Shown here in pieces: positions 12,178-27,886 of a DNA stretch of 64,000 nt. Below the pieces are notes generated by a model. The model did no database searches. It was not told where the DNA came from and was given only the letters and a program-made list of their open reading frames with translations. Location: the NCBI GenBank assembly GCA_964016885.1, contig OZ024741.1:226114001-226178000 (forward strand), in the 5' to 3' direction. Both the position numbers and the translations under genes were made by a program. This DNA is from Eledone cirrhosa (Eukaryota). Within the stretch, counting starts at the first letter, position 1; the number at the start of each line of letters is the position of its first letter.

Positions 12178-12874
12178 TATTTAAGCTCTGTGTTTTTATG
12201 CCATTATAGAAATATAGGAGATATGTGGTTTAAGTAAAGAGTAAATGAGTGACATCTAATAACCCTGAGCATATACAACAAATTAAGATGATGGAATAGA
12301 TTTCTTAGATTATTTATTTCAGAACCTATTCTATCAACTTAATTTGTTATTTATATATACATACACATGTTAGAAAGTTTTAATTTAAGTAGGAATCTTT
12401 TAACATTGGTGGCTAAACGGAAAATAAACTCTTCCGGAATGGTAATATTTGTAATGTTGGTGGAACTGACGTTGGTGAGCTGAAGCAGTTGCACGTGCTC
12501 TACATTCACAAATAGCTGACAAGATAATCCAGAAATTTGTATAGTTGTGTATAATATAATGCGTGTGGTTGCAGTTTGGCATGTGGGTGTGTACGAAAAT
12601 CTATAACAACATAACTATCAATCTTAGTAACTATGAGATTTACACTGAGATTAAGGCCTGAAATACGTCTGTGATACAAGACATCTGAAATTACTATGAA
12701 ATGAAGCCTTAGTTTCGAATGAATGGATAAATAAACTTCACGCTTGTTTTGTTGAGCATCTTATACCACACGTATATGCATGCAAACACATATATAAAGT
12801 TAGTTTCATGTAAGAGTATACACTCACACATACACACACACAAACATACACACACAGAGAGACACAGACACAGA

Positions 12875-12944
<70 letters not shown>

Positions 12945-13078
12945 ACCCACATATGCGGATATATATATATATACATACAGACATATATATATATATATAT
13001 ATATATATAACGAAGGAGTTGTGGTAAGAACCAGATGGACCATAACGCACCAGAGTACTCAATGCTTACGGTAGTAGA

Positions 13079-13195
<117 letters not shown>

Positions 13196-13236
13196 TGTGT
13201 AAAGGGTAAACAGAAATAACAACACAATCGGTATAT

Positions 13237-13870
13237 ATAACTCTGATTTTGCGTTTCGTTTCGCTTTTTCTACCCGCCGAAATGCGATTCTTGCTGAATT
13301 TATATTTATTTGTATTAATCTCCCGAGACTTACAATTAACCTGTTAATAATTCTATTGACAGATTATTTGCATGATTTACACATACTGAATTCATTTGCC
13401 AAAATCTGTGCTTTGTCCCCTTGTGAGTTACGCATGTGCTTTTACAAAGCTCTGCGTTATTCACAAAGTTGGCGCAGGGCAAAATAACTGTTGATAACGT
13501 GATATTCCTTGTCCGATCATTATACCAAAAGTTTATAGGTTTAAGCAGACAGTATTATTGATTTAGTTATCATAGAAACCCTGCATTTGGATTTTACCAT
13601 CGATTCCAATGGGTCTAGGTCGGTTTATATATGCGTATCTGTGTGTATATATATATATATGATTTTATCATTTATTTTGTTTGACCTATTTAGCTTGACT
13701 TTTTTTTTGGCTTCGGTGGTTAATGCCTTCTTGACCACTTTTTCAGTTTGTATGGCGTTTCAACTTATATGTTTAGCTCTGGTTTTTTAACTATAGAGCG
13801 CTTGCCAGCATAACTCTGATTTTGCGTTTCGTTTCGGTTTTTCTACCCGCCGAAATGCGATTCTCGCTGA

Positions 13871-13875
<5 letters not shown>
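13237..13875. mobile_element. ~640 bp element with ~65 bp direct terminal repeats, between (TA)n tracts
   Basis: ATAACTCTGATTTTGCGTTTCGTTTCG.TTTTTCTACCCGCCGAAATGCGATTCT.GCTGAATTTA at 13237 and 13810. Confidence 0.7.
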
Positions 13876-13925
<50 letters not shown>

Positions 13926-13953
13926 CGTGTGTGTGTTTGTGTGTGTGTATATG

Positions 13954-13985
<32 letters not shown>

Positions 13986-14049
13986 TGTGTGCAGGCACAT
14001 ACATATGAGGCGTCTGTGTCTGGGGGGAAGCGCGAACACATAGACGTAG

Positions 14050-14375
14050 ACGCAGCAATGGCCAAATGTTTAAGAGGTTCGCTTTGCAATCATTAGGTCC
14101 ATTTTTCAGTCCTACTGCGTGACATCTTGGGAAGTTTCATTTACACACCTGTAGCATGTAAATGAAATTGGATAGCGATAAACTCTTTGGATTACCGTTA
14201 AATTGAATGCACCAGTAATTCAAACGACTAGACTTGGTTCACTCTCTGTCTCGCTGAATCTACTTGAGAATTACTTTAAGGGTTCACGTGTCTGTAGAAT
14301 GCTTAGCCATTTACACGTTATTTTCCTGAATAGGTTGTACCGTATTGAAGAACTTGAACACTCGTCATCGAAAAC
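14050..14375 (+). mobile_element. Old tRNA/CORE-like SINE (related pieces ~31745-32030 and ~33330-33520)
   Basis: Degenerate tRNA head and ATCTTGGGAAGT; shared 3' words CGCTGAATC, TTACACGTTA and GAACACTCGTC. Confidence 0.5.
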
Positions 14376-15159
14376 GATGGAGGTCGATCTATACACAAGA
14401 TTCAGGTATGAATAATACATGAAACGACTATAAACTTGTTTTGTTGAGCATATTATTAAAAAAAAAGAAAAACATTATTTTCACTAGATGTTAATAAATA
14501 CTTTGAATTAAATGTAATAGCATCCAATTACGTGAGGATCACATGTTCATACATTCGTTTTCATTTAGCCACAGGTAGGTATAACATCTACTGCTGTCTT
14601 ACACAGCTAAGTATCACGCTTAAATTTGATGCTTACAACACAAGTATAACTCAAACACAGCTACAGTAAAAAGATATAATCTCAACAGTTATAACGATAT
14701 AAATCATTTATGACTACAAATACAAGACATACAAAAAGACTAGATTCGTAGCAGACATCTGTCGCAGATCGGGCGACTACCTTGCCGATTACAGTTAAGC
14801 AGCCCTGATAAATTATAGGAAGACTAACATTACCATCATACCTGTTGTGCAGATAATGACGTAGTTAACTTAACTTTGGCTTCTCTCATCTAGTTGTTAC
14901 GTGATTACGAAATTATTTGTGATTTCCTCATGATAGGCAACGAGATGCTACTATTATTTCATAAGAGGAAGCTCATTATATAGTGCTAATTTCACAGAGG
15001 GCGGCGTGTATGCCGTGCTGTTAGAACGTCATGTAGAATGCTTTGCGGTGTTCGTTTCGGCTTTATGCCTTTCAATCTTTCGACGCCGATAAAAAAATGT
15101 ACCAGTCCAGTTTCATGTCAATCGTAAATGTTAGAAAGAGTTATTTTACTAGTCTTAAG

Positions 15160-15812
15160 GGGGGTGAATTGGCAGTATCACTAGGGAGATGGACAAAATA
15201 ATTTGCATTGTCGATTGGGAGTATCGGTAGAGCACCAGACGCCATGCTTTTCAGCATAGAGTTATGGCCCTTTACGTTCTGAGTTCAAATCCCGCCAAGG
15301 TTAGCTTTGCCTTTCATCCTTACGGGGTCGATAAAATAAAGTACCAGTAATGCACTGGAGTCGATCTAATCGACTTTCACCTACTCCCAAGTTGCTTGCT
15401 TTGTGCCTATAGTAGAATCATTATTGTATTTCTAAGTGGATTGGCAGTATCGGTAGATTGGCAGTATCGGTGGATTGGCAGTATCGGTAGAGGGTCAGAC
15501 ACCATGCTTTCCAGCATAGTTACGTCCCTTTACGATCTGAGTTCAAATCCCGCCGAGGTTGACTTTGCCTTTCATCCTTACGAGGTCGATAAAATAAAGT
15601 ACCAGTAATGCACTGGGATAATTGATGGCCTTGTGCCAAAAGTAGAAACAATTATTGTATTTCTAAGTTCTGAGTTCAAATCCTTCCAAGTTCAACTTTG
15701 TCATTCGTCCTTTCGAGGTAGAAAAGATTATTACCAGTTAAGTACCGAGGCTGATATAATCGATTGATTTCTTTTAACTACCAAATTGCCCGCCATGTGC
15801 CAAAGGCTGCAC
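15160..15812 (+). mobile_element. Cluster of three head-to-tail S1-type SINEs
   Basis: Three B boxes and domains; the middle copy has a triplicated GATTGGCAGTATCGGT head. Confidence 0.88.
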
Positions 15813-16216
15813 AATATATTTTACTGTTTTCAGTTATCAGAATGCCTCAATAATATGGCCTCAGTGAAGTTCATATTTCACTTCTGTATTAGTCTTTATA
15901 GTAGTTACCTGAAACATCTAATTAATGATTAGTCCTCATTATACTAATCGCATTCCATATTCTGCACAATGGTTCTCATTAACAATATTCTAAATGTTTA
16001 TTCACTAATAATCAGTGCAACAAGTTGCGTTAATGCATTTTGTGCCATTATGATAATACTGTTTAAATTGGAGTTATAACAATTAGTTGTGATGTTGGAA
16101 CGTTGAATTTTCTATACACATCAATTACTATACAGAATATATATATCAGTATGTAGTTGGCATCCGAGAGAAAAGAGTAATTAATACTAAATTATTCAGA
16201 CTAAATAGTTAGTCTT

Positions 16217-16298
16217 GCTACTCTGGAGTTCCATCTGCTTCTCACAGGGTCATCAGACATCATGATCCTGTGAGAAGCAGGCGAAACTCCAGAGTAGC
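16217..16298. ncRNA. 82 bp palindrome made of two opposed copies of a hammerhead motif
   Basis: Minus arm CTGATGA CCCTG TGAGAAG CAGAT GGAAC TCCAGA GTA; plus arm CCTG TGAGAAG CAGGC GAAAC TCCAGA GTA. Confidence 0.75.
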
Positions 16299-16299
16299 C

Positions 16300-16340
<41 letters not shown>

Positions 16341-16342
<2 letters not shown>

Positions 16343-16686
16343 CGAAGGAAGTGTGGTAAGGAACCAGATGGACCATAACGCACTAGAGTACTCAATACTT
16401 AGGGCAGTAGGGTGGGTAATAGTAAAAATGTATGACCCCGACGTCAGAGCTCAAGCCGTTTCGACGGCTATTTCGGGATTCGGTCGCAACTCCAGGCAGA
16501 AGGAGCAACGTGAAATAAAGAGTTTTATTCAAGGACATAACGCGTCACCCGGTCCAGAAATCGAAATCACAACCTCACGATTGCAAATCCAATTCCCTTA
16601 CCACTCAGCCACACTCATTGACAAACTCAGAACGAAGAAATAGCTGTCGGAACGGCTTGAGTCTCCAGTCGGGGTCATAACATTTT
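16341..16686 (-). mobile_element. Family C short (TA)n-inserted element with fold-back; centre holds an S2 SINE fragment (16478-16612)
   Basis: Shared tail AACGAAGGA.GTGTGGTAAGGAACCAGATGGACCATAACGCAC.AGAGTACTCAAT, also at 13009, 31254 (reverse complement), 35378 and 52420; arms 16424-16474 and 16637-16686. Confidence 0.8.
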
Positions 16687-16699
16687 GAGATATATATCG

Positions 16700-16908
16700 G
16701 CAGTCAATCGACTTTCGTCAAATCAGACCGAGGAACAATGTTTCCATGGGTCTTTGCAATTGCTAATACTATCAATCGATCGCATCTCCAGGTAGAAGGG
16801 GCAACGTGAAATAAAGTGTCTTGCTCAAGAACACTACGCGTCACCCGCTCCGGTAATCGAAATCACAACCTCACGATTGCGAATCCAATTCTCTTCCCAC
16901 TCAGCCAC
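16700..16908 (-). mobile_element. SINE S2
   Basis: Matches 20724-20935. Confidence 0.85.
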
Positions 16909-16942
16909 AATCCTTCACGAACTCAGACACGCTCCTTCACAA

Positions 16943-18440
<1,498 letters not shown>

Positions 18441-18566
18441 TGGTTGCCTTAACACCGTACGGCACCAAAAATTCAGGCTGTTCAGTTTGTTTACAAACGA
18501 ACAAAGCGGCGTTATAATAAGCGTCCGCTAAACTGATACGTGCATATATGTATGTGTACCTGTATG

Positions 18567-18627
<61 letters not shown>

Positions 18628-18684
18628 GCATGCTACTGTACGTTTGTATACATATATGTATGTACGTATACACACATACTTACA

Positions 18685-18715
<31 letters not shown>

Positions 18716-18790
18716 GGTTGTGATATATATATAGTTTGTAATATATATATACATATATAGGTTGTGATATATATATATGTATGTATATGC

Positions 18791-18825
<35 letters not shown>

Positions 18826-18889
18826 TGTATGTGTGTATATATTTATATATATATTTATATAAATATATATATATATAATAATAATAATA

Positions 18890-19079
18890 ATAATTGTTTC
18901 CACTTTAGGCACAAGGCCAGCAATTACCCAGTGCATTACTGGTCCTTTATTCTATCGACCCCGTAAGGATGAAAGGCAAAGTCAACCTCGGCGGGATTTG
19001 AACTCAGATCGTAAAGGGACGTAACTATGCTTTAAAGCATGGCGTCCGACCCTCTACCGATACTGCCAATCCACCGCCC
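18890..19079 (-). mobile_element. SINE S1, full length
   Basis: Reverse complement of S1 with (ATT)n tail. Confidence 0.92.
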
Positions 19080-19080
19080 C

Positions 19081-19193
19081 AATAATAATAATAATAATAA
19101 TAATAAATTTGAAGACTAAATTCCAAAGAGGGCTCGATAAGGGTGAAAGCATTCATTCTTTGCTTAAACTTTAATGTGTTATTTTAATTTAAA

Positions 19194-19224
<31 letters not shown>

Positions 19225-19321
19225 TATAGTAATAATATTAAATTTGAAGACTAAAATCCAAAGAGGGCTCGTTAAGGGTGAAAGTAGCGATTCTTTGCTT
19301 AAACTTTAATCTGTTATTTTA

Positions 19322-19328
<7 letters not shown>
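19081..19328. mobile_element. Two rearranged mini-copies of the family H 3' tail
   Basis: Each is the reverse complement of ~58420-58467 joined to forward ~58323-58378. Confidence 0.85.
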
Positions 19329-19387
<59 letters not shown>

Positions 19388-19389
<2 letters not shown>

Positions 19390-19800
19390 TGGCAGTGGTA
19401 CCCGGCGTTGCGCGGGATAAGGTATTTTGGAATGCCAACAGACCTAATCGTGGAAAAACTGCATGCCAGGACAATATGTAACAAAAATAATTCACTGATG
19501 GCTGGATTATCTTTAAGATTTTCCTCGATGAAGCAGGAAAAATGCAGGTTTTAACCTAATGCGGGCCCTAGGGGATCAAGAAAAGGAATCTTTTTTATGT
19601 GCCTTGAAATTTCGGGAAAATCGGCTAGACGTAACGCCTCCAAAAAGCCCTAAGAAGCTGAAAAAATGACGTTTTTCACCTAATGCGGCCATAAGAAATT
19701 TGAAATTCCTTTGCTCACGGTATGAAGAAGAGACTAACTAATACATAGTTACAATTTCAAGGTAATCGGTCTGATGTAATGCCTCAAAAAAACCATAATA
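19388..19800 (+). mobile_element. Probable non-autonomous Helentron/DINE-1-like element
   Basis: ACTGG..ACCCGGCGTTGCGCGGG end after (TA)n; two ~125 bp imperfect units with AATTTC..AATCGG words typical of this group. Confidence 0.55.
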
Positions 19801-20162
19801 TATTATCTGTTGCATGTATTCAACTCTGTGCTTTAAATACGAAACTGTTGCTCGCAATGTCAATATATATGTATCTATATTATTGTTCAGCTGAATAGGA
19901 GGTTAATCACATGTACAAGCATTGATAATGCTCCGATGACTCCAAATCAGAGTTTGTAGGAAACGATTGTCAGCTATTAAATGATTTGAACACAACTTTG
20001 ATAATTGTATAATTTATTTCGTTTCCTGCTCTGTAAAACAACTGATGTTCATACAATGAGCTATTTCTTTTAATGGTAATAAGGTAGTAGGAAATTACTG
20101 ACCTTCCTGATTATAGTTGTTTATACTATATACAAAACTATAAATAGTATTATTATACACAC

Positions 20163-20225
<63 letters not shown>

Positions 20226-20231
20226 AACATA

Positions 20232-20552
20232 AAAATCCTAAGGCAAGATAAAATTCCAATCATTTCATCACGACACATGTTTCAATAAGAGATAGATCGG
20301 TTGTGAAGCCATGATAGATTATCATTGATCTCATCAGGTAAAAATGAATTGTCTTCAAATTCTTGATATGAGGGAGAAAAAATAACGATGTTCTCTCACA
20401 GAATTCATTCCCTCATATAAGGAATTTGAAGACAATTCATTTTCACCTGATGAAATCAGTGATAATCGATCATGGCTTCACAATCGATCTAGCTCTTATT
20501 GAAACATGTGTCGTGATTAAATGATTGGAATTTTACTTTGCCTTCGGATTTT
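20232..20552. mobile_element. ~320 bp imperfect palindrome with a hammerhead in each arm
   Basis: Arms 20232-20375 and 20408-20552. Confidence 0.9.
20443..20516 (+). ncRNA. Type-I hammerhead with expanded stem II (opposed copy 20268-20340 -)
   Basis: TCAC CTGATGA [47 nt, AAT..ATT] GAAAC ATGT GTC GTGA; intact core, GUC site, 4-bp stem I. Confidence 0.8.
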
Positions 20553-20674
20553 CATTTTGATACTTATACTCCGTTTTACAACATCTAACTGTTCCCTTGA
20601 ATGGAATTGGAGATATACAAAAGCGTGGAGAACTTAATATTTTCCACAATTTTCCACAACCAGCAATGAACCTT

Positions 20675-20723
<49 letters not shown>

Positions 20724-20727
<4 letters not shown>

Positions 20728-20935
20728 GAACGATCGACTTTCGTCGAATCGGACCGAGGGAACAATGTTTCCGTTGGTCTTTCCAATTGCTAATACTATC
20801 TATCGGTCGCAACTCCAGGTAGAGGGAGCAACGTGAAATAAAGTGTCTTGCTCAAGGACATAACGCATCGCCTGGTCCAGGAATCGAACTCACAACCTTA
20901 CGATTGCGAATCCAATTCTCTAACCACTCAGCCAC
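20724..20935 (-). mobile_element. SINE S2, full length
   Basis: A and B boxes plus TGTCCTTGAGCAAGACACTT; flanked by microsatellite. Confidence 0.92.
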
Positions 20936-21050
20936 ACACACACACATATATATATATATATGAATATATATATATATATATATATGCATATATATATGTA
21001 TATATTTATAAGTGAAATGATTACAAAGGAGAATATACCGTTAAAAAAGA

Positions 21051-21366
21051 ATATACAAAAAAAAACAAGATGTCGTAGGACAGAATAAAAGAGAGGCACA
21101 AAAACAAATAAAAGACTCCCCAGTCACTGAAGAGGTCACAGAATGTGTGACGAAAGAACTTTGATAATATATGAACAATCGTCTGGTTGTGAAGCCAACC
21201 AACCAACCGGAAATTTATAAATTCCTAAATTTATAAATTTAATTTATAATAAATTGAAGTGAAAGCAACTCGTGCGTGTGTTTATTATTGGCAACATGAC
21301 CCTCCCAATATTTGTTTCAACAGACGTTTTCAGATAAAGAATCTTGCTAAACAAATTCAGAAACGA
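21051..21366 (+). mobile_element. Solo 3' tail of PLE family A
   Basis: Matches 2875-3193 and ends in (TA)n at the same base. Confidence 0.92.
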
Positions 21367-21402
21367 TATATATATATATATATATATATAAACACACACA
21401 CA

Positions 21403-21525
<123 letters not shown>

Positions 21526-21769
21526 GATAGTACAAGCTGATTAAGACACTAAAATTAAACAACAACCAGACCGTGTTTATTTTAATTGGCAAAATGACCA
21601 TCTCAGAAAACAAATACTATCTAACATGTGTGTGTAAGTGGTGAGTGAGTGAATGCGTGTGTCGGTGTGTGTATGTCTGCGTGTTTGTATCTATGTGGAA
21701 TATCTGTAACAGCTCAGTTTCTCTCAATGATTAAGATATCACTAATATTTTAACAAGGTAATTTGAACG

Positions 21770-21844
<75 letters not shown>

Positions 21845-22203
21845 GCGCGCACACGCACACGTGCACACACAAACGTACGCACACTCGTACGCTAGCACAA
21901 ACTTTACAACAAACTCTCACATACAAAGAATGATACTTATTTTTCAATATTTCTTCTTAGTGTTTCTCTAATTAGTTAATTTCGATTCACTATTTATTAG
22001 AATGATTTCCTTTAGCACATCAAGAATTTTCTAAACCAACCTAAATATGTCCACTAAATATTTGCTTTTATTTTCTCTTACACTAATTTCAATTCTTTCT
22101 GTCCCTATATATGTATATATATATATATATACTAAGTGTCCCCCAAAATGTATACACACTTCAACGGCATTCTAATAAATATTGCCTGTACAGGTAATCA
22201 AAA

Positions 22204-22260
<57 letters not shown>

Positions 22261-23185
22261 AGAGAGAGAGAGGGGGGAGGGAGAGAGAGAAAGTTAAATC
22301 TACAACAATTACCAACCTGTACTTGAGATCAAGTGTTTCATCTTATAAGAATTTTAAATTCGTGTATGGTGTTAGTGTGAACGGGAGTATGCTTTAAATG
22401 GATAGATTTTGCGCAGAAGTCAGTTTCATAACGTAATAGGGGATGTAACTCCGAATAAACTGCTGTAGGCTGGTCCTTCCAGTTACGTAACAAACAATTC
22501 GAGACATAGGGACAATGGTTGAAAATATCAACTCTCGTATTAAGGCAAGTATTGCGGCCTGAACTCTGTAAGATATCTTACATCTATACACGATCTGCTT
22601 ATAGTTTCAACTTCTTGAGGACCTTCCTTTTGATGGACAAGTTCACGCCCGCCTCCCTGAGTGACTGTGCGTGGTATGTTAGTTTCATGGTCGATCGCTT
22701 TTCTGGGTGTCTAAAGGTCATCTCATGGTTAAGAAACCGTTTTTAAACAATCCTTCCGCCATACCCACATATGTTCTGACTTATTGCTGTTGATTTTGCC
22801 GGATGTATGTAACTTCAGCCTCATAAAGGACTACGGGTGTGTTACACTGTTGCTATAGAGGGCGCGATTCTGATTTTGTAGAAGAGAATCCGGAGGAGTG
22901 AGCGGTCTCTGGAGTTGATGGCGATGTGACTTTCGTATTTGTAACAGATACGCTTGTGCCTACTTCTATGCTCATAGCCACTGTCTCACCTACATCGTCC
23001 GCTGTCACATACACGCGCACCCATTCACCCCTGGGGCTACCTTACGGTCAGAAACAGACATTCTCACAACTTTGTACAGACCAACAAAAGACAAATGTAC
23101 AGACCTGCTTTTGTCGAAGAAATTTGTTTCCTACCCCTGCTCACACTCCTCTATCTTTCTATTTCTTCTTCCATATCTCATTCTA

Positions 23186-23221
23186 TTTTCTGATGAAGGA
23201 CAAGTGTCCGAAACGTTAAGA
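23186..23221 (+). ncRNA. Canonical minimal (dimer-type) hammerhead
   Basis: TTTT CTGATGA A GGACA AG TGTCC GAAAC GTT AAGA; palindromic AACGTT stem III. Confidence 0.8.
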
Positions 23222-23435
23222 CTTTCCGTACTATATTAGGCATCAAACTAATATATATCTTCATTGTATTTCATTGACTGTTATGTTTTTTCCGTTTACT
23301 TTTCACACACTCACACACACACACACAAACAAGCATATATATATGAATGTTTGCGTGCATGTTTAATATATATTCACATATGTATAATATGTATGTATGT
23401 ATATATATATATCTATGTATGTGTGTGCCTGTGTA

Positions 23436-23519
<84 letters not shown>

Positions 23520-23522
23520 CCC

Positions 23523-23556
<34 letters not shown>

Positions 23557-24551
23557 GTATATATAAAAATTTCAAAATCTTTCAAATTTTGATATTGGTT
23601 GTAACACAGACGCATTTTATTTTTTTTATTTGTCTGGAACCCCCCACCACGTGAAATGGTGGCAGGATAGATGCCAACACACACACAAATTTTTCTGAAC
23701 ATAGCAGCAGCAAACCAAAGCTGACACTTTAACACCACTACCACTACCAACACAATGGAGGAGGTCAGCTGTACTTAAACAAAAACAACTACAACAGATT
23801 GTCTTGCTCAGAAAAAATTTTGTATAGACTTTTGACTGAGGAATGTTCTCACAACTGACCAATGGGATGAGAGAGTGTCCTATGACGCCGAAATTCGTTT
23901 GTTCGAATTCATATGATTCCAGTTCCTCAGAGAAATAACAATGCAACCAGGAACTGGACATATTGGAGTATTGACGGAGTAGAACACACTTCAACAACAT
24001 GTGTACCTGTCTCTCCCACACCAATTCGGACTGCCTGAAGAGGTCACGGCCAATGATGGCTCTCACCGAAATATATAGAGCAGTATATCTATAATTTATA
24101 ATAAACGAAGCCAAATTTTACATATTTGACTTAATTAATTTATATACAAACATATATATATATATAGAGAGAGAGAAACGTATGTATGTCTGTGTATATT
24201 TACATATGTATGAATATACGAATCTATGTATATGTACACACATACATACATATAATGCACAGTAGTGGAAATCAGCTGCCCAGCAGATGTTCATATTGTG
24301 TTAAAGATTAGTAAAAAGGTGAATAGTTATGCGGAACTAATGATAAAACTGCAAATACTCCACCCTGTCTATACGTTTAGATTTGTAAATTTGATCATTG
24401 GGGCACTAGGAAGTGTTGCTTGAGAAGCTGAAGTTCACAGAAACAAAAAGAGCACAGCTAATTAGGAAATTGCAAGTGCAGTCCGTTTCGCGATCTCTAA
24501 GGATATGTTCATGATTCCAAAACGTTAGCAGGTAAAAACTGAATGTAGACA

Positions 24552-24748
24552 CGTGGTTAAGTGGTTAGAGAATTGAATTCGCAATCGTGACGTTGTGATT
24601 TCGATTCCTGGACCGGGCAAGGTGTTATGTCCTTGAGCAAGACACGTTATTTCACGTTGTTTCTTCTGCCTAAAGTTGCGACCGACAGATAGTATTAGCA
24701 ATTGGAAAGACCAATGCAAACATTGTTTCTTCGGTCCGATTTGACGAA
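24552..24748 (+). mobile_element. SINE S2
   Basis: GTGGTTAAGTGG..TTCGATTCC..TGTCCTTGAGCAAGACAC. Confidence 0.88.
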
Positions 24749-24835
24749 CTCCTCCCCAATCGTTAAGCGAATGAGGTCTGGGATCTTATCGATCGACTAT
24801 CGATAGATATAGAAACCTTTGGATATATAAACATA

Positions 24836-25023
24836 TAATTGTTTCTACTTTAGGCACAAGGCCAGCAATTACCAGTGCATTACTGGTACTTTATTTTATC
24901 GACCCCGTAAGGATGAAAGGCAAAGTCAACCTCGGCGGGATTTGAACTCAGATGGTAAAGGGACGTAACTATGCTGGAAAGCATGGCGTCCGACCCTCTA
25001 CCGATACTGCCAATCCACCGCCC
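24836..25023 (-). mobile_element. SINE S1 with ~24 bp target-site duplication
   Basis: CCTTTGGATATATAAACATATAAT at 24816-24839 and 25022-25045. Confidence 0.95.
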
Positions 25024-25653
25024 TTTGGATATATAAACATATAATACAAAACATACATCTCCTAACATGTAATGACATTCTTGTCTGTACACACACAAAC
25101 ACATAGACATACATATATAATTACGTATTTGATGTTGTCTAAATTCAAAAAAATCGTGTTCCAAACTAATTATTTATTGGTAAAATTGTATTAGAAAATA
25201 GAACCAATAAAACCACAACATACATACATACATACATACATACATACATACATACATACATACATACATACATACATACATACATACATAGTGGCTGCCA
25301 ACTCGTTTTCGAGTACGGCCACTACTTTATATCCATGCAGGAGAAGCCTTACCGATGCGCTGAACGAGTGTGACTGTTTAGTCCAGCAAGCGACTTGAAA
25401 ACTCTGGTACATACACTACACTTGTGAGAATTATTGACACATAGTGCTGGGCCCATGGTAACATGTGACGACAAGTGCAGAGAGATCTCCAGATATAAAG
25501 CAATACCTGTGCCGTGAAGCTTTTATAGTGAGCAAAGGCACTGCACAAAGCCAGTTCCACTCTCTTAACCAAGATGATATTTACCAAAAAGAAGAACAAG
25601 TCAACATCATTGGATACCATCAGAGTTGCAGGTGTTATATCAGAGTTTTCAAA

Positions 25654-25835
25654 GTGGTGGATTGGCAGTATCGGTAGAGGGTCGGACGCCATGCTTTCCA
25701 GCATAGTTACGTCCCTTTACGATCTGAGTTCAAATCCCGCCGAGGTTGACTTTGCCTTTCATCCTTACGTGGTCGATAAAATAAAGTACCAGTAATGCAC
25801 TGGGTAATTGCTGGCATTGTGCCTAAAGTAGAAAG
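25654..25835 (+). mobile_element. SINE S1 with ~16 bp target-site duplication
   Basis: TTATATCAGAGTTTTC on both sides. Confidence 0.93.
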
Positions 25836-26251
25836 AGTTTTATATCAGAGTTTTCCTTCTCCTATAATTCTGCCTTGACAAAGGCTAAGGGGTCATCTGT
25901 CCCGGTGATTTTGGATGGCCATTGACTCTTAAGAGCTCCTTTTCCCTTTGACAGATTTTGTTTTTAGTCCTGCAGGATGTCCAAAGTCACCCTCCTCACC
26001 AAGAAACCTTGGTCGGGTTGCCAGTTTAGTCGCCAACGACCCGACCATGAGACAGGTTGTACTGGGATACATGTTACCAGTAGCACCAACTGGTGACCAT
26101 ACATACACACATACATACATCACGTATCTGTGAACCTGAGGATATAATCTAAATCGATTTTAGTTTTTCTATATTTCTACAATTAACCAGTGAAAAGGAC
26201 ATATCTCATTACCTCATTACAAATTTAAGATATAAGGAGGTCAATTGAAGT

Positions 26252-27885
<1,634 letters not shown>

Positions 27886-27886
<1 letters not shown>

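Noticed and set aside
22131-22180. Tc1/mariner-like TIR fragment (GTGTCCCCCAAAATGTATACACACTT)
   Set aside because: Only one short end is visible, with no partner TIR or transposase.
25930-26100. HDV-like ribozyme on the minus strand
   Set aside because: I could not place P1/P3/L3/P1.1 in the required order; simple nested hairpins explain the pairings.
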